A stretch of DNA of 64,000 nucleotides. Source: Candidatus Peribacteria bacterium (GTDB lineage: Bacteria; Patescibacteriota; Gracilibacteria; Peribacterales; Peribacteraceae). The translations under genes and the position numbers were made by a program. The notes below the pieces were generated by a model, which worked only from the letters and a program-made list of their open reading frames with translations, did no database searches and had not been told where the DNA came from. This document shows, one piece after another, positions 8,946 through 19,274 of the stretch. Numbering within the stretch: position 1 is the first letter of the stretch; the number at the start of each line of letters is the position of its first letter. Where the stretch lies: contig JBEPVF010000002.1 in assembly GCA_041691135.1 (NCBI GenBank), positions 160,001 through 224,000 of the forward strand. The letters are read 5' to 3'.

Positions 8946-11900
8946 TTAGCGCAGATACGCACGTACCACCCATCCCTGATGCCAACTATAGCGCACTTCT
9001 GCCCAGTCGCCGCGTATCGATAGCAATTCGACGACAGTGTCAGGATCAAAAGACGTGAGCGCAGGGGAATCGAGCGATGGTTCCACATGGAGCTTCAAAG
9101 ACGCCGTCGTCGTGAGCATTTGTCCACCGGGAGCTGCGGGTAAAACAGACCCTGCCGAATGCATCGTTGCAGTATCAAGTGGCGTCGCGTGCGTCACTGG
9201 CGGAAGAGCCGCGAGTGCGTTCATGACGTAGAGACTGATGACTTTGCTGACCTCGGCACGATTGATGGCATCATCCGGACGGAACGTGGTGGCATTGCCA
9301 TCTCCTTTAACAAACCCCAGCGCTACAGCCGTAAGAACTGCACGGAAGTGCGGATGCGATGCGGGAAGATCCGAAAACGTATTCTGCGCGGGTGATGGCA
9401 AAGCCTCGGATGGGATCAAAGAGAGGAGCATCGCTACCACTTCCGCACGCGTAGCCGGACGAGCGAGATTCTCCGGTAAAGACAGACCTAAAGATGCAGC
9501 TTGTTCTCGGTAGGGAGCTGTCCAATCTTCCACGGAAGAACGCGCCGGCGAATGACCGGTGGCTTCGAGAACCATCTTGAGGGATTCGGCAACCGTCACG
9601 TTGTCCGCCGGCTTGAACAGACCGGTCGGCGTTCCATCGGCATTCGCATACCCGGAAACGATCCCTTTCTCCGCCAACAGTGCGACATAGTCGGCGAACC
9701 AACTCTGTGGCGGCACATCAGTAAAGGAAGGCGCCGAGGGTGCGGGAGCCGCTGGGTGTGATGGACTGTCGGGCGTGGATGGCGAAGGCGCGGAAGGTGT
9801 GGGACCAGAAGGAGTCGTCGTATTTGAACCCCTGCTGCCACCTCTACTACCACCACCTCCGCCACCTGATGTCGTTGTCGTACTAGAACTCCCGTTTACC
9901 AGCTGGGATAACACCGACGATGTCGATGTCAGCCAATTAGTATTGCCATTGTATGTGGCGGTAAGACTCTGTGTACCCGCCTCGAAGCCGGAGACAGTAA
10001 CCGAACCGGAACCATGGCCCAGAGTGACCGTCCCAAGCGTCGCGATCCCATTAAGAAAGGTGACCGTACCAGTAGCAGTGGACGGTGTGACCGTCGCCGT
10101 GAATGTGACGGATTGATTGACGATGGACGGATTGGGAGACGAGCCCAGCGAAAGGGCTGTGGTACCAGAGCCAACGGTCTGCGTCAGAGTAGAGGAAGTA
10201 CTGGTCGCGTAGATGACATTGCCAGCATATACAGCGCTGAGTGAATGCGTTCCAGTGGTGAATGAGGAGACACTCAGTGTTCCGGATCCCTGGCTGAGCG
10301 TTGCCGACCCGAGCGAGCTAACGCCGTCGTAGAACGTGACGCTACCGGTGGCACTGGATGGCGAGATCGTCGCAGTGAGCGTGGTGCTTGATCCGAATCC
10401 CGAAGGATTCACGGACGAGGTGAGCGTGGTAGTGCTCGGACTGAGTACTTCGTATATCACGCTCGTCGAACCAGTATCGGTAAAGGTCAGCCGACCGGAC
10501 CCATTGGTAGTGGTGGTGGTGAGTGCGGATCCGTTCTTCTTGATCTGATACGTCGTCGACGCCGCCAGGTTGCCGATGGTGTGCGTCACGGACGGAGTGA
10601 CGCCCAGAATGGTCTCAGTCCATTTTTTGTAATACGGAGCTAACGTATTCCACGTAGACATGACGACGGTACCGTACTTGGCATAATTACCGACAGTGAA
10701 GCCCGCCGCGGGCGCGATCGCTAAGTCAGAGCTTTTCCCGACAGCAGCAGTGGCATTGCGATACTTGCCGTTCTTGTACACCGTCAGTGAGCCGCTTGCG
10801 TCGACTTGGTCCGTCGCCATCACATACGGCGGCTGGTACTCAAGTGCGCCGAAATCCGCCGCACCGTACAACGGATTGCCCAGCAGATCGACGGTGAAGG
10901 ACGTGCCAGTACCGGTGTCGATAACCGGCGAGTTGTAGGGTAGCGTGTAATCATACGTGCTCACATCGGTGAACAACGGATCGGAAGTGAGACTATGCGT
11001 GTCAAAGCCCAGTGCCTGCCATTGGGCAAATGTTTTGTATACTGCATCGTAATAGGCGCTATTTCCGGCGGTCGTTCGATAGATGGTATTGTAATCACTG
11101 GTAAAACCGGCTTGGGACGTGGTGTCATCGAACGTTATCAGGGAAGAGACCGCGCCTTTGGTTTCCAAAATATTATTGCGCAGCATCGCACCAGAGCCGT
11201 ACTGGCCTGCATTATTGATTGAAATATTTATGAGATCGAAGGATGAATAGCCCGTCGTCGCATCGGCATAGATCGTGTTGTTGGTTACTGCCAGATTCGC
11301 CGTACCTTTGATGCGAACGCCGGTGAAACCTTTGTTGTTGATAAGCTTGTTGTAGAAAACGCCGCCACTCGTGTTCGACCCGCCTATTGATTTCATGACG
11401 ATGCCATACCCTTCGCCATTGACCGTATTGTATTGCACGATACCGTTGTAATTATGGCCGAACAGAATGCCGTGCGTTGTAACTTGAGTGTTAAGAGAAG
11501 TATTGTAGTAATACGGACCGTAAATGGTATTTCCCTGGATGATTCCACCATTATATTTCGTGTCACCCGCGGTGCTATTGTCTCTGCCGAGAGTGATACC
11601 AATACCGCCCCACGAACGAGATCTGATGGTGTTATTGAGGATGCGCGGCACCCCGCCTCCTCCGCCTTGCGATGTCACATTGATACCGTTTAAGGATCCA
11701 GTACCAGTCGTATCAAGCGTGTTCCCCTGAACTACGGGGGAAAACTGGTCCGCGATGTACATAAGACCGTTGGTATTAGCGGTGACCCCCGTCGTCTGCA
11801 TAGTAATCGTGTTGCCACTAAGCGTTGTTCCCCATGTTCCGGCATCCACTTGGATGGGACTTCCAGCCGTCGTAGGTACGTTGATGCTCATCGTATTATT

Positions 11901-12863
11901 CTGAAACAGAAGTGTGCCGGACGCCGAGCCAGTGGCGAGCAACATCGGATTGGGTGAGCCGCTGTTAACGGTAAACGTATTGTTCGCGATGGTGAAGGAA
12001 CCGGACGACGTAAGATACACACCGTAACTCGTCGAGGTGACAGCATTATTTGTGAAGGTTACTGAGTTTCTTCCGGCGACGCGCAGAGCCGCAGCAGCAG
12101 TCGTGAACGTATTATTACGAATGGTATACACACCGTGGCCAACACTCGTGATGTTGATGGCGTGAGTGGTATTGGCGGTAACAGTATTATTCGAGAAGAT
12201 GATGCCGGTCTCCGCAGTTGCTGCGGTATATTCGTACGCCGAGAAAGAAGTGCCAGTAAGCGTGAATGTCGACCCGCTCACTGTAAGATTCGTGTTGCCG
12301 CCTGATTTAATACCTTCGCCCGCAGCAGTAGTAAATGTACTGCTCAGAATTGTGATTCCCGAATTGGTGTTCCCAGTAAGGATCAGATCAGCGGTGGAAT
12401 CCTTAAACGTACAACGAGTGAACGTTTTTTTGGTCGTGCCGGAAGCAAGATTCGCCGCCTTTGTTTTTGTCGTTTCGGCATCGAATGTGAAACCGGTGAA
12501 GGAGGCAGTGTTGGTACCGGAGACGTTGAGCACGGTTGTAGCCGACGCATTGCTTTTGACAATCACCGTTCCGGATGCTGTCCACGATATGCCTTTGGTA
12601 ACGTTCCATGCGTGCTGCACCGAATCGTTCTCGGTGTAACTTCCTGAATTGACTACGACCAAATCGCCGGTGGTAGCGCCGGTCTCCGCCCGTTGTAAGG
12701 ATCGCCACGGCGAACCGATGGAGCCAACGTTCGCATTATTTCCAGATGTGCTCACATAATACGTGGCTGCGGAGGCAGTATTTACCCCAAAAAAGAAGCT
12801 GCCGCCGGCAGCGCCGAGCAACAGACCGAGAGACAAGAACGTTGCTTTCCAATAATTTTTCAT
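8946..12863 (-). CDS. Large surface protein: parallel beta-helix, Ig-like (Big_3) repeats, SLH domains and C-terminal SH3-like domain
   Basis: Signal peptide; YYVSTSGNNAN.GS...PWRSLQ start; NNTF repeats; GSVTFYDGVSSLG Ig repeats; SLH motifs FTDVPPQSWF, VSGY..GLFKP and FSDLP...FRPDDAINRAE; GDWAEVRY...GWV SH3b-like end. Confidence 0.85.
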   Translation of the reverse strand: MKNYWKATFLSLGLLLGAAGGSFFFGVNTASAATYYVSTSGNNANVGSIGSPWRSLQRAETGATTGDLVVVNSGSYTENDSVQHAWNVTKGISWTASGTVIVKSNASATTVLNVSGTNTASFTGFTFDAETTKTKAANLASGTTKKTFTRCTFKDSTADLILTGNTNSGITILSSTFTTAAGEGIKSGGNTNLTVSGSTFTLTGTSFSAYEYTAATAETGIIFSNNTVTANTTHAINITSVGHGVYTIRNNTFTTAAAALRVAGRNSVTFTNNAVTSTSYGVYLTSSGSFTIANNTFTVNSGSPNPMLLATGSASGTLLFQNNTMSINVPTTAGSPIQVDAGTWGTTLSGNTITMQTTGVTANTNGLMYIADQFSPVVQGNTLDTTGTGSLNGINVTSQGGGGGVPRILNNTIRSRSWGGIGITLGRDNSTAGDTKYNGGIIQGNTIYGPYYYNTSLNTQVTTHGILFGHNYNGIVQYNTVNGEGYGIVMKSIGGSNTSGGVFYNKLINNKGFTGVRIKGTANLAVTNNTIYADATTGYSSFDLINISINNAGQYGSGAMLRNNILETKGAVSSLITFDDTTSQAGFTSDYNTIYRTTAGNSAYYDAVYKTFAQWQALGFDTHSLTSDPLFTDVSTYDYTLPYNSPVIDTGTGTSFTVDLLGNPLYGAADFGALEYQPPYVMATDQVDASGSLTVYKNGKYRNATAAVGKSSDLAIAPAAGFTVGNYAKYGTVVMSTWNTLAPYYKKWTETILGVTPSVTHTIGNLAASTTYQIKKNGSALTTTTTNGSGRLTFTDTGSTSVIYEVLSPSTTTLTSSVNPSGFGSSTTLTATISPSSATGSVTFYDGVSSLGSATLSQGSGTLSVSSFTTGTHSLSAVYAGNVIYATSTSSTLTQTVGSGTTALSLGSSPNPSIVNQSVTFTATVTPSTATGTVTFLNGIATLGTVTLGHGSGSVTVSGFEAGTQSLTATYNGNTNWLTSTSSVLSQLVNGSSSTTTTSGGGGGGSRGGSRGSNTTTPSGPTPSAPSPSTPDSPSHPAAPAPSAPSFTDVPPQSWFADYVALLAEKGIVSGYANADGTPTGLFKPADNVTVAESLKMVLEATGHSPARSSVEDWTAPYREQAASLGLSLPENLARPATRAEVVAMLLSLIPSEALPSPAQNTFSDLPASHPHFRAVLTAVALGFVKGDGNATTFRPDDAINRAEVSKVISLYVMNALAALPPVTHATPLDTATMHSAGSVLPAAPGGQMLTTTASLKLHVEPSLDSPALTSFDPDTVVELLSIRGDWAEVRYSWHQGWVVRAYLR

Positions 12864-13100
12864 ACGGCAATCATTGAAGAGCAATTTGCACCGAATGACA
12901 AGCGCACACACCTGCATATAGATGACGAGTTCACTTCGAACGCATATGTCTGATGATTGGAGAAAAAATCACCTCGACTCATTCCAATGTTATTGTCAAA
13001 AAATATGATATATATTCAATGCACTGATACTCGCTGCAAATACTCGTGCATATCTAAGGCCACTCACCCCGCGCCTTTAGACACAGGATGAGTGACTATT

Positions 13101-16100
13101 TTACTGAACATTGAATTGCAGCCGATGACAGTTGGCAACGCGGGTTACTACGTCGAGCGACTGCAGCGTATCCGAACCGTTGTACAATGCCGTGATCGTC
13201 TGTGTGCCATTGCCGAGCGCACCCGTGGTCAGGCTGCCGGAACCGTGACCGAGCGGCACCGAGGCAAGCGCAACATCATTATTGAAGAATTGTACGCTTC
13301 CAGTTGCAGATGACGGTGTAACAGTGGCGAAAAGGAACACCGATTGACTAGGAATCACCACTGTCGGGACGCAGACGGACGTATATGTCGGCGCAACGCT
13401 CACCGACTGCAGGAATTCGGCTGATGTACTGGAGGGATACGTCGCATTGCCGGCATACACCGCCGTGAGGGAGTGCGTTCCCGAGCTGAGTGTGACGCTG
13501 AGCGAGCCGGTGCCGTGATTAAGTATGGCAGTGCCAAGAGACGTGATGCCATCGTAGAAAGTAACCGTCCCGGTCGCAGTCGCGGGCAGAACCGAAGTCG
13601 TGAGCACAATCGTGGATCCGGAAGCAGCCGGATTGGAACTCGATGTCAGATTCACCGATGTCGCCGCAAGAATTTCGTACTGCACGTTCGTTGATCCGGT
13701 ATCAGTGAAGCTGATTTTTCCCGCGCCATCGGATTGAACCGATGCCAGAAGAATACCGTTGCGCTGAATCTTGTACGGTGTATTGATCGCCAGATCGCCG
13801 ACAGTATGCGTGACCGAAGAATTGACACCGGCAACTGCCTCGGTCCACTTCTTATAATAATTGCCGGTCTTGTTCCAGTTGGCGATAGCCAGAGTTGCAT
13901 ACGTCCCGTACGTCGACGGAACGTAACCGCCTGCCGGTGTGATCAGGAAATTGACGGACGTCCCGCTTGGTGCCGCAGTGTTGCGGAACTTTCCACTCGT
14001 GTAGATGCCTATATTGCCAGTCATATCCACAGGATCGGTTCCCATCGTGTAGGGCGGCTGGTATTCGAAGGCACCGATGTCGGCAGATCCATGAACGGAA
14101 TTGCCGATTATATCGCGCGTGAAGGATCCGCCGGAACCGGCATCGATGGCGGGAGAGTTGTAGAGGAGCGAGTAGTCGTTGGAAGCAATGCTGGTGAAGA
14201 GCGGATCGGTTGTGATGCTGTGCGTGTCGTAGCCCGCCGCCTGCCATTGGGCCAAGGTATAGTTGGTGGTAGAGGAAGATGCCACGTTGCCGTTCGTCAT
14301 ACGATACAGAACGTTGTAATCGCTGCTGAAGCCCGACTGCGATGTCACATCAGGGAAGCCAACGAGGCCATAGGCCGTACCCTTTCCAACCATAATATTG
14401 TTTCGCAACATGGCACCCGATCCATATTGACCGGCATTATTGATAGAGATACTGAAGGCCGTGAAGTTTGGATAGCCGATACTCGCATCGGCATAGATCG
14501 TATTATTGGTGGCCTTCACATTCTGCACACCCTTGATACGTATAGCGGTTTGTCCCTTGGTGTTGATGATCGTATTGTAAAAGACTCCTCCGCTCGTATA
14601 CGGCAAGCCCACGCCTTTGATGACGACGCCGTACCCTTCACCGTAAATCGTATTGTACTGCACGATTCCGTTGTAGCTGTGACCGTAAAGAATCGCATGC
14701 GTATTCACCTGGGAACTCAGCAAAGGATTGTAGTAATACGGTCCATAGATGATGTTTCCTTGAACCAGACCGCCGTTCACTTTTTCATTGCCGGGACTGG
14801 TGTAGTCCGCACCGACGGTGATAGCCGTGCCGTTCCATGCATGGGACTTAAAGATGTTATTGAGAATTTTTGGATTCCTGGCATCCCTGCCGCTGGAAGT
14901 CACATAAATATCCGTCACCGAGCCGGTACCGGTCGTTTCGATCGTGTTGTTCTGGATCAACGGTGCCACCTGATCGGCAAGATAGATGAGACCGGTCGGC
15001 ACGGAAGTAGCTGCATTCGTTTGCATCGTCATCGTATTGCCATCGATCGTCGTACCGAACGTGCCGGAATCGATGGAGATGATCGGCAACGCTGAGACCG
15101 GTACGTTTACATTGAACGTATTATTTTTGATGAGAATCGTTCCGGTACTGGTAGCCGCACCTGCATAGAACAAGCCGGAAGGCGTGCCGCTGTTCAGATT
15201 GAAGGTATTGTTGGTCATAATGAACGCACCCGATGCGGTGAGGTACAGACCTTGTTTTGCCGTATTGATCGTATTGTTCGTCATGGTGAACGAATTCCTG
15301 CCCGAGACGCGCAGTGCGACGCTCGCCGTCGTGATCGTATTGTTATTGAACGTGTAATTGTTGCGTGCTGGACTGGTGATATTGACCGCATAGTTCGGGC
15401 CGATCGTGATCGTGTTATTGGTGAAAGTTGCCGTCTCCTGGGCTGATGTTCCGCGGTACTCATACGCCGAGTAGCCGGTGGCGCCAGAGGTGACAAAGGT
15501 CGAACCGCTCACCGTCAGATTCGTGAAGCCGCCGGACTCGATGCCTTGACCGATCAGATACGTAAAGGTGCTGCCGAGAATCGTGATATCCGTTGCCGGA
15601 CCGGCACCGGTAAACACTTGAACCGTACCGTTTTTGAAGGTGCAGCCGATGAATTTTTTCGTTCGTGAGCCGGATGCAAGGTACACGGCTTGCGTCTTGC
15701 TTTCGCCATCGAATGTGAACCCTGTGAACGTCATCGGATTGGTGCCGGAGATATATACGGCCGTATTCGCAGCCGCATTGCCCTTGACGATCACGACGCC
15801 CTGCGCGACCCAGTTAATGCCTTTGGCGATATTCCACGTGTGACGAGACGGATCATTTTCGACGTAGGTACCGGCGGCAACAAAGACGGTATCTCCGTTA
15901 GCGGCCAGCGTTTCCGCCTTCTGCAGAGTCAACCATGGTGTGGCATTGGAACCGTTGTTGCTGTCGCTCCCGATCGGACTGACGTAGTAGGTGATTCCGG
16001 CGGCGAAGACGACGCGCGAGACAAAAAAGAACGCGCCGGCCAGAATACACACGGCGAGTAACAGACCTGACGAAAATAATTTGACGTTTTTGAGGGGTGT

Positions 16101-16121
16101 ATTCATATGAAAGATATTCAA
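13101..16121 (-). CDS. Paralogous beta-helix plus Ig-like surface protein without SLH anchor
   Basis: Colinear similarity to the 8946-12863 product (shared ISINNAGQYGSGAMLRNNI and QGNxIYGPYYYN). Start is 16121 or 16106. Confidence 0.85.
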   Translation of the reverse strand: MNIFHMNTPLKNVKLFSSGLLLAVCILAGAFFFVSRVVFAAGITYYVSPIGSDSNNGSNATPWLTLQKAETLAANGDTVFVAAGTYVENDPSRHTWNIAKGINWVAQGVVIVKGNAAANTAVYISGTNPMTFTGFTFDGESKTQAVYLASGSRTKKFIGCTFKNGTVQVFTGAGPATDITILGSTFTYLIGQGIESGGFTNLTVSGSTFVTSGATGYSAYEYRGTSAQETATFTNNTITIGPNYAVNITSPARNNYTFNNNTITTASVALRVSGRNSFTMTNNTINTAKQGLYLTASGAFIMTNNTFNLNSGTPSGLFYAGAATSTGTILIKNNTFNVNVPVSALPIISIDSGTFGTTIDGNTMTMQTNAATSVPTGLIYLADQVAPLIQNNTIETTGTGSVTDIYVTSSGRDARNPKILNNIFKSHAWNGTAITVGADYTSPGNEKVNGGLVQGNIIYGPYYYNPLLSSQVNTHAILYGHSYNGIVQYNTIYGEGYGVVIKGVGLPYTSGGVFYNTIINTKGQTAIRIKGVQNVKATNNTIYADASIGYPNFTAFSISINNAGQYGSGAMLRNNIMVGKGTAYGLVGFPDVTSQSGFSSDYNVLYRMTNGNVASSSTTNYTLAQWQAAGYDTHSITTDPLFTSIASNDYSLLYNSPAIDAGSGGSFTRDIIGNSVHGSADIGAFEYQPPYTMGTDPVDMTGNIGIYTSGKFRNTAAPSGTSVNFLITPAGGYVPSTYGTYATLAIANWNKTGNYYKKWTEAVAGVNSSVTHTVGDLAINTPYKIQRNGILLASVQSDGAGKISFTDTGSTNVQYEILAATSVNLTSSSNPAASGSTIVLTTSVLPATATGTVTFYDGITSLGTAILNHGTGSLSVTLSSGTHSLTAVYAGNATYPSSTSAEFLQSVSVAPTYTSVCVPTVVIPSQSVFLFATVTPSSATGSVQFFNNDVALASVPLGHGSGSLTTGALGNGTQTITALYNGSDTLQSLDVVTRVANCHRLQFNVQ

Positions 16122-16271
16122 TCGTAATAAACCTTTGACATCAAGAGAAAGGCGTTTTCACGTAAAAAATGTCTGAGTGTTCACAGAGCACCGACACTTT
16201 TAGCAAAAAATATTTTGTGCACGGCACATCGGCGCAGTGCCATCACCGCGCCGATGCTGAATCTAAAAAAT

Positions 16272-16667
16272 TTAATACGGCGTAGCCAACGTCAGCGTCC
16301 CACGCATCTTGTGCCAACAAGTATACGACGCTGCTAATAGCACAATGCAAACGAGTGGGAAGATCGCCATACCGAAACCATTGACGATCCAATTGGCCAA
16401 GGCAGCGGAGAAGAAATCGATGAAGAAGCCAACGTAGGTCCACTCTTTAATGCGTGGCGGAATCATCGGAAGCACCAGGGTGAAGCCGCCGATGATTTTG
16501 GCAATTGTGAGTTCGATACGGAAATAATCCGGGAAGCCGAGTTGTTTGATGGCATCGATAGCCATCTGCGCATTAAAGAAAAGGAGCGCCGGCAGAGAGA
16601 TGCCGATTACAATAAGGAGTGTGGCGATCCAGTAGAGGATCTTGATCTTACGCGAGCTGGCGGCCAT
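16272..16667 (-). CDS. DoxX-like membrane protein
   Basis: LGFPDYFRIEL.IAKIIG and RIKEWTYVGF motifs. Confidence 0.85.
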   Translation of the reverse strand: MAASSRKIKILYWIATLLIVIGISLPALLFFNAQMAIDAIKQLGFPDYFRIELTIAKIIGGFTLVLPMIPPRIKEWTYVGFFIDFFSAALANWIVNGFGMAIFPLVCIVLLAASYTCWHKMRGTLTLATPY

Positions 16668-16706
16668 GGTGAGGGGAGATGAAAAAATTGGGAGGGGAAT
16701 GGAAAA

Positions 16707-17216
16707 TTATTTAGTGGCTGCGAGATATTCATCAAGCTGTTCCCACGTTCCCTGGAATCCCTGCTTCATCGACTCGCGTCCTTGTTCGAAGGCCTTCATT
16801 TCTTCTTCCGACGCGTTGATCGGTCCGCCACGAAGCGTAACCGTCGTCTTGCCTTCGTGTTCTTCCAGCGACAGGTGGTTAAGTACTTCGAGCGGCCATA
16901 TGGCAATGAACGGATTACGGGTGATGCCGCCAGCCGCATCCGAGAATGAATTCACGAACACCATGCTTTCCTGCGGATTGATCTCGCGATACGTGAACTT
17001 GCCCCACATCTCCATACCGTCGGGCGAGCGCATGCAGTAGTGGAACACGCCGCCCGGACGCAGATCCAATTTGATGTCACCCATCTTAAAACCTTTGGGC
17101 CCCCACCACTGTGCCAGGCTGTCGGCTTCGGTGAACGCTTTCCAGACCAGAGAGCGTGGCGCATCGAACGTGCGGCTGATGTCAAATTCTTTCGAAGTAG
17201 TGGTATCGGCGGCCAT
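16707..17216 (-). CDS. SRPBCC/AHSA1 domain protein
   Basis: ISRTFDAPRSLVWKAFT...WWGPKGF...DLRPGG. Confidence 0.9.
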   Translation of the reverse strand: MAADTTTSKEFDISRTFDAPRSLVWKAFTEADSLAQWWGPKGFKMGDIKLDLRPGGVFHYCMRSPDGMEMWGKFTYREINPQESMVFVNSFSDAAGGITRNPFIAIWPLEVLNHLSLEEHEGKTTVTLRGGPINASEEEMKAFEQGRESMKQGFQGTWEQLDEYLAATK

Positions 17217-17255
17217 GAGAGAAGGGGGAAGTAATGAAAGAAATAATTTCCACTG

Positions 17256-17711
17256 TTACGCCTGCAAAAGATCGGCGAGTTTGTCGAGACTCTGGTTCCA
17301 GCCTTCCTTCTGTCCTTTGGCCGCTTCGGCTGCCGGACCGGTCGCTCTCTTCATCACCGCCGTCACCGTCAGAACCGTTTTGCCGTTTTCTTCGGCAAAC
17401 GTAATGGTGTTGAGCGCTTCGAGTTGCGGATTCCCCTCTTCATCTTCGAAGGCAGTGGAGCTGAAGACGAGGCGTTCGGGTTCGACGACTTCGTGAAACA
17501 TCCCTCCCATCGGCGACACCGTCACTCCATCAGGCCAGGTCATATCAACACGAATGGCATTATTCGGTTTTGCATTCCATTCGCATACCGGATTGGTGAA
17601 TCCCTTGGGACCCCACCATTTGGCAATCTGCTCGGGATCGGTCCACGCTTTCCAGACGACTGAACGCGGAGCATCGAAAGTACGGGTGATGACAAGTGTG
17701 TCATTGGTCAT
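17256..17711 (-). CDS. SRPBCC/AHSA1 domain protein
   Basis: ITRTFDAPRSVVWKAWTDPEQIAKWWGP...GWNQSLDKL. Confidence 0.9.
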   Translation of the reverse strand: MTNDTLVITRTFDAPRSVVWKAWTDPEQIAKWWGPKGFTNPVCEWNAKPNNAIRVDMTWPDGVTVSPMGGMFHEVVEPERLVFSSTAFEDEEGNPQLEALNTITFAEENGKTVLTVTAVMKRATGPAAEAAKGQKEGWNQSLDKLADLLQA

Positions 17712-17747
17712 GATGATAAAAAGGAAAATGGATAGAAGAAGAAAAAA

Positions 17748-18074
17748 TTACTGAAGAGTTTTCAAATATTTTTCGAGTGAATCGAGACGGTCGTCCCACA
17801 ACTTCTGATACTCGGTCAGAAAATCTGCGGCAGCGACCACCGCCTGTGGCGCCATCTTCACCATCTGTTCCTTCCCCTGCCGGCGCTTGATCACCAGTTT
17901 CGCCCGCTCCAGCACCTGCAAGTGTTTGGAAATTGCTGCGAAGGTCAGCTTGTACGCTTTACTGATATCGCTGATCGACAGCTCTTTTTGCGCCACCCGT
18001 CGCAGAATGTCGCGACGCGTAGGATCGGCCAGGGATCCAAAGACCAGATCAAGATTGAGAGTAAGTTCAACCAT
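17748..18074 (-). CDS. ArsR/SmtB family transcriptional regulator
   Basis: FGSLADPTRRDIL...AISKHLQVLERAKLV; heads the SRPBCC-SRPBCC-DoxX operon. Confidence 0.9.
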   Translation of the reverse strand: MVELTLNLDLVFGSLADPTRRDILRRVAQKELSISDISKAYKLTFAAISKHLQVLERAKLVIKRRQGKEQMVKMAPQAVVAAADFLTEYQKLWDDRLDSLEKYLKTLQ

Positions 18075-18083
18075 TTGGTTGAA
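18066..18083. promoter_or_regulatory. Palindromic operator overlapping the ArsR start codon
   Basis: TTCAACCA-tt-TGGTTGAA, a perfect 8-2-8 inverted repeat directly downstream of -10 TATCAT (minus strand). Confidence 0.75.
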
Positions 18084-18201
18084 TGATAGTTTGTACTCCC
18101 TGCGCCGTCAAATGTTTTTATTTCTTTCATAAAAATCCTTCATAGACCGTACCCAAACAAAAAATTTGACTACGTCTCGCCCCCCTCTACAGTACCCGCC
18201 T

Positions 18202-18429
18202 ATGGCTCGTGAAAAACCTCCCATCAAGATATCATCTGCTACCGAGCGTGAATTTGGTACCACACCTGTCGGAGCAACTCGTGGCGAAAGAATTAACGCA
18301 TCGCGTGGTCCTAATTATTGCCATCATGAATGGGTAACGCCTCAGATTAAAGATGTCGGTTACGAAGTATACAATCTATGTAAACACTGTCTTATGCCTC
18401 AGGATCTGCCAAAGGAAAAAAGTAAATAA
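18202..18429 (+). CDS. Small hypothetical protein with a possible Zn site
   Basis: CHHEW...CKHC motif; ATG 8 nt after TACAGT. Confidence 0.5.
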   Translation: MAREKPPIKISSATEREFGTTPVGATRGERINASRGPNYCHHEWVTPQIKDVGYEVYNLCKHCLMPQDLPKEKSK

Positions 18430-18438
18430 TGGAATTAT

Positions 18439-18975
18439 TCACCCTACGATCTTCATAATCGTATTCCAGTTCCTCGTCGTCACATTTTTGCCGAACTCCT
18501 TCTCTATTATTTTCATCGCATCGGGCGTGTGGACATCCGGCGAAAGCGTGAGGACGCTGCAGATGTCTTTTCCACGCACTTGCAGAATCTCGAAACTCTT
18601 GTCGGGCGAGACATAGGGGATCTTGAGTTTGCTCGCAGGCTTTTCCGGCAGCAGGGAAATATACAGCCGTACCTGCGGCGTCACGCGGATTTTTTTGAAT
18701 GGTTCGCCATCGGCCAAATCTTTGAGTTCATCGACCGTTCGTACGATAACGCTGATGTGACGATCATATTTTTTTTCTAACTGCTGCTCGATTGTTTTTG
18801 ACGCAACTTTTTTTGCCGCATCGAACAGTACGTTACCACTGGCGAGAAGCGTCTTCACATTCGTAAATCCCATCGACTCGAATGCCTGCTTCAAATCAGA
18901 CATCTTGATTAAGTTGTTCCCACCGACGTTGATACCACGGAGAAAAGCAGCATGCGGAATATGAGCCTTATTCAT
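18439..18975 (-). CDS. DUF1697 family protein
   Basis: AFLRGINVGG, TLLASGNV and TTRNWNT motifs. Confidence 0.9.
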   Translation of the reverse strand: MNKAHIPHAAFLRGINVGGNNLIKMSDLKQAFESMGFTNVKTLLASGNVLFDAAKKVASKTIEQQLEKKYDRHISVIVRTVDELKDLADGEPFKKIRVTPQVRLYISLLPEKPASKLKIPYVSPDKSFEILQVRGKDICSVLTLSPDVHTPDAMKIIEKEFGKNVTTRNWNTIMKIVG

Positions 18976-18997
18976 GCGCGAATTATACGCCATACGG

Positions 18998-19198
18998 CTA
19001 CCACTCCGTTACCTCATTGTCGATCACCGTATTGCTGACGCCACCTCCGTTGCCGATCGGCGCATTGATCGTGTTTCCCTGAATGATGTTGCCGCTGGAT
19101 CCGCCGTACGTCCGGATCGAAATGGCACCGGCTGGAACATGGATTTTATTCTCGGTACAGATTGTATTACTCCCTTCTAAGAAGATACCGATTCTCAA
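18998..19198 (-). pseudogene. Beta-helix gene remnant
   Basis: GIFLEGSNTICTENKI...SSGNIIQGNTI resembles beta-helix rungs; no ATG, and an in-frame stop lies shortly upstream. Confidence 0.4.
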
Positions 19199-19274
19199 TG
19201 ATCCTGAACTACAAAAAATGTCTAATCAAAGCCAAAAAAGTTGAGCAGCGCTCAAGCGAAGAAAATCAATGCTG

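Noticed and set aside
8618-9058. 146-aa ORF after the orphan pair
   Set aside because: It runs through a strong hairpin, overlaps the convergent surface gene by 113 nt and has no motif. At most a remnant.
13734-15095. 453-aa plus-strand ORF
   Set aside because: It is the antisense shadow of the beta-helix gene, with Arg/Ile/Val-rich composition and no motifs.
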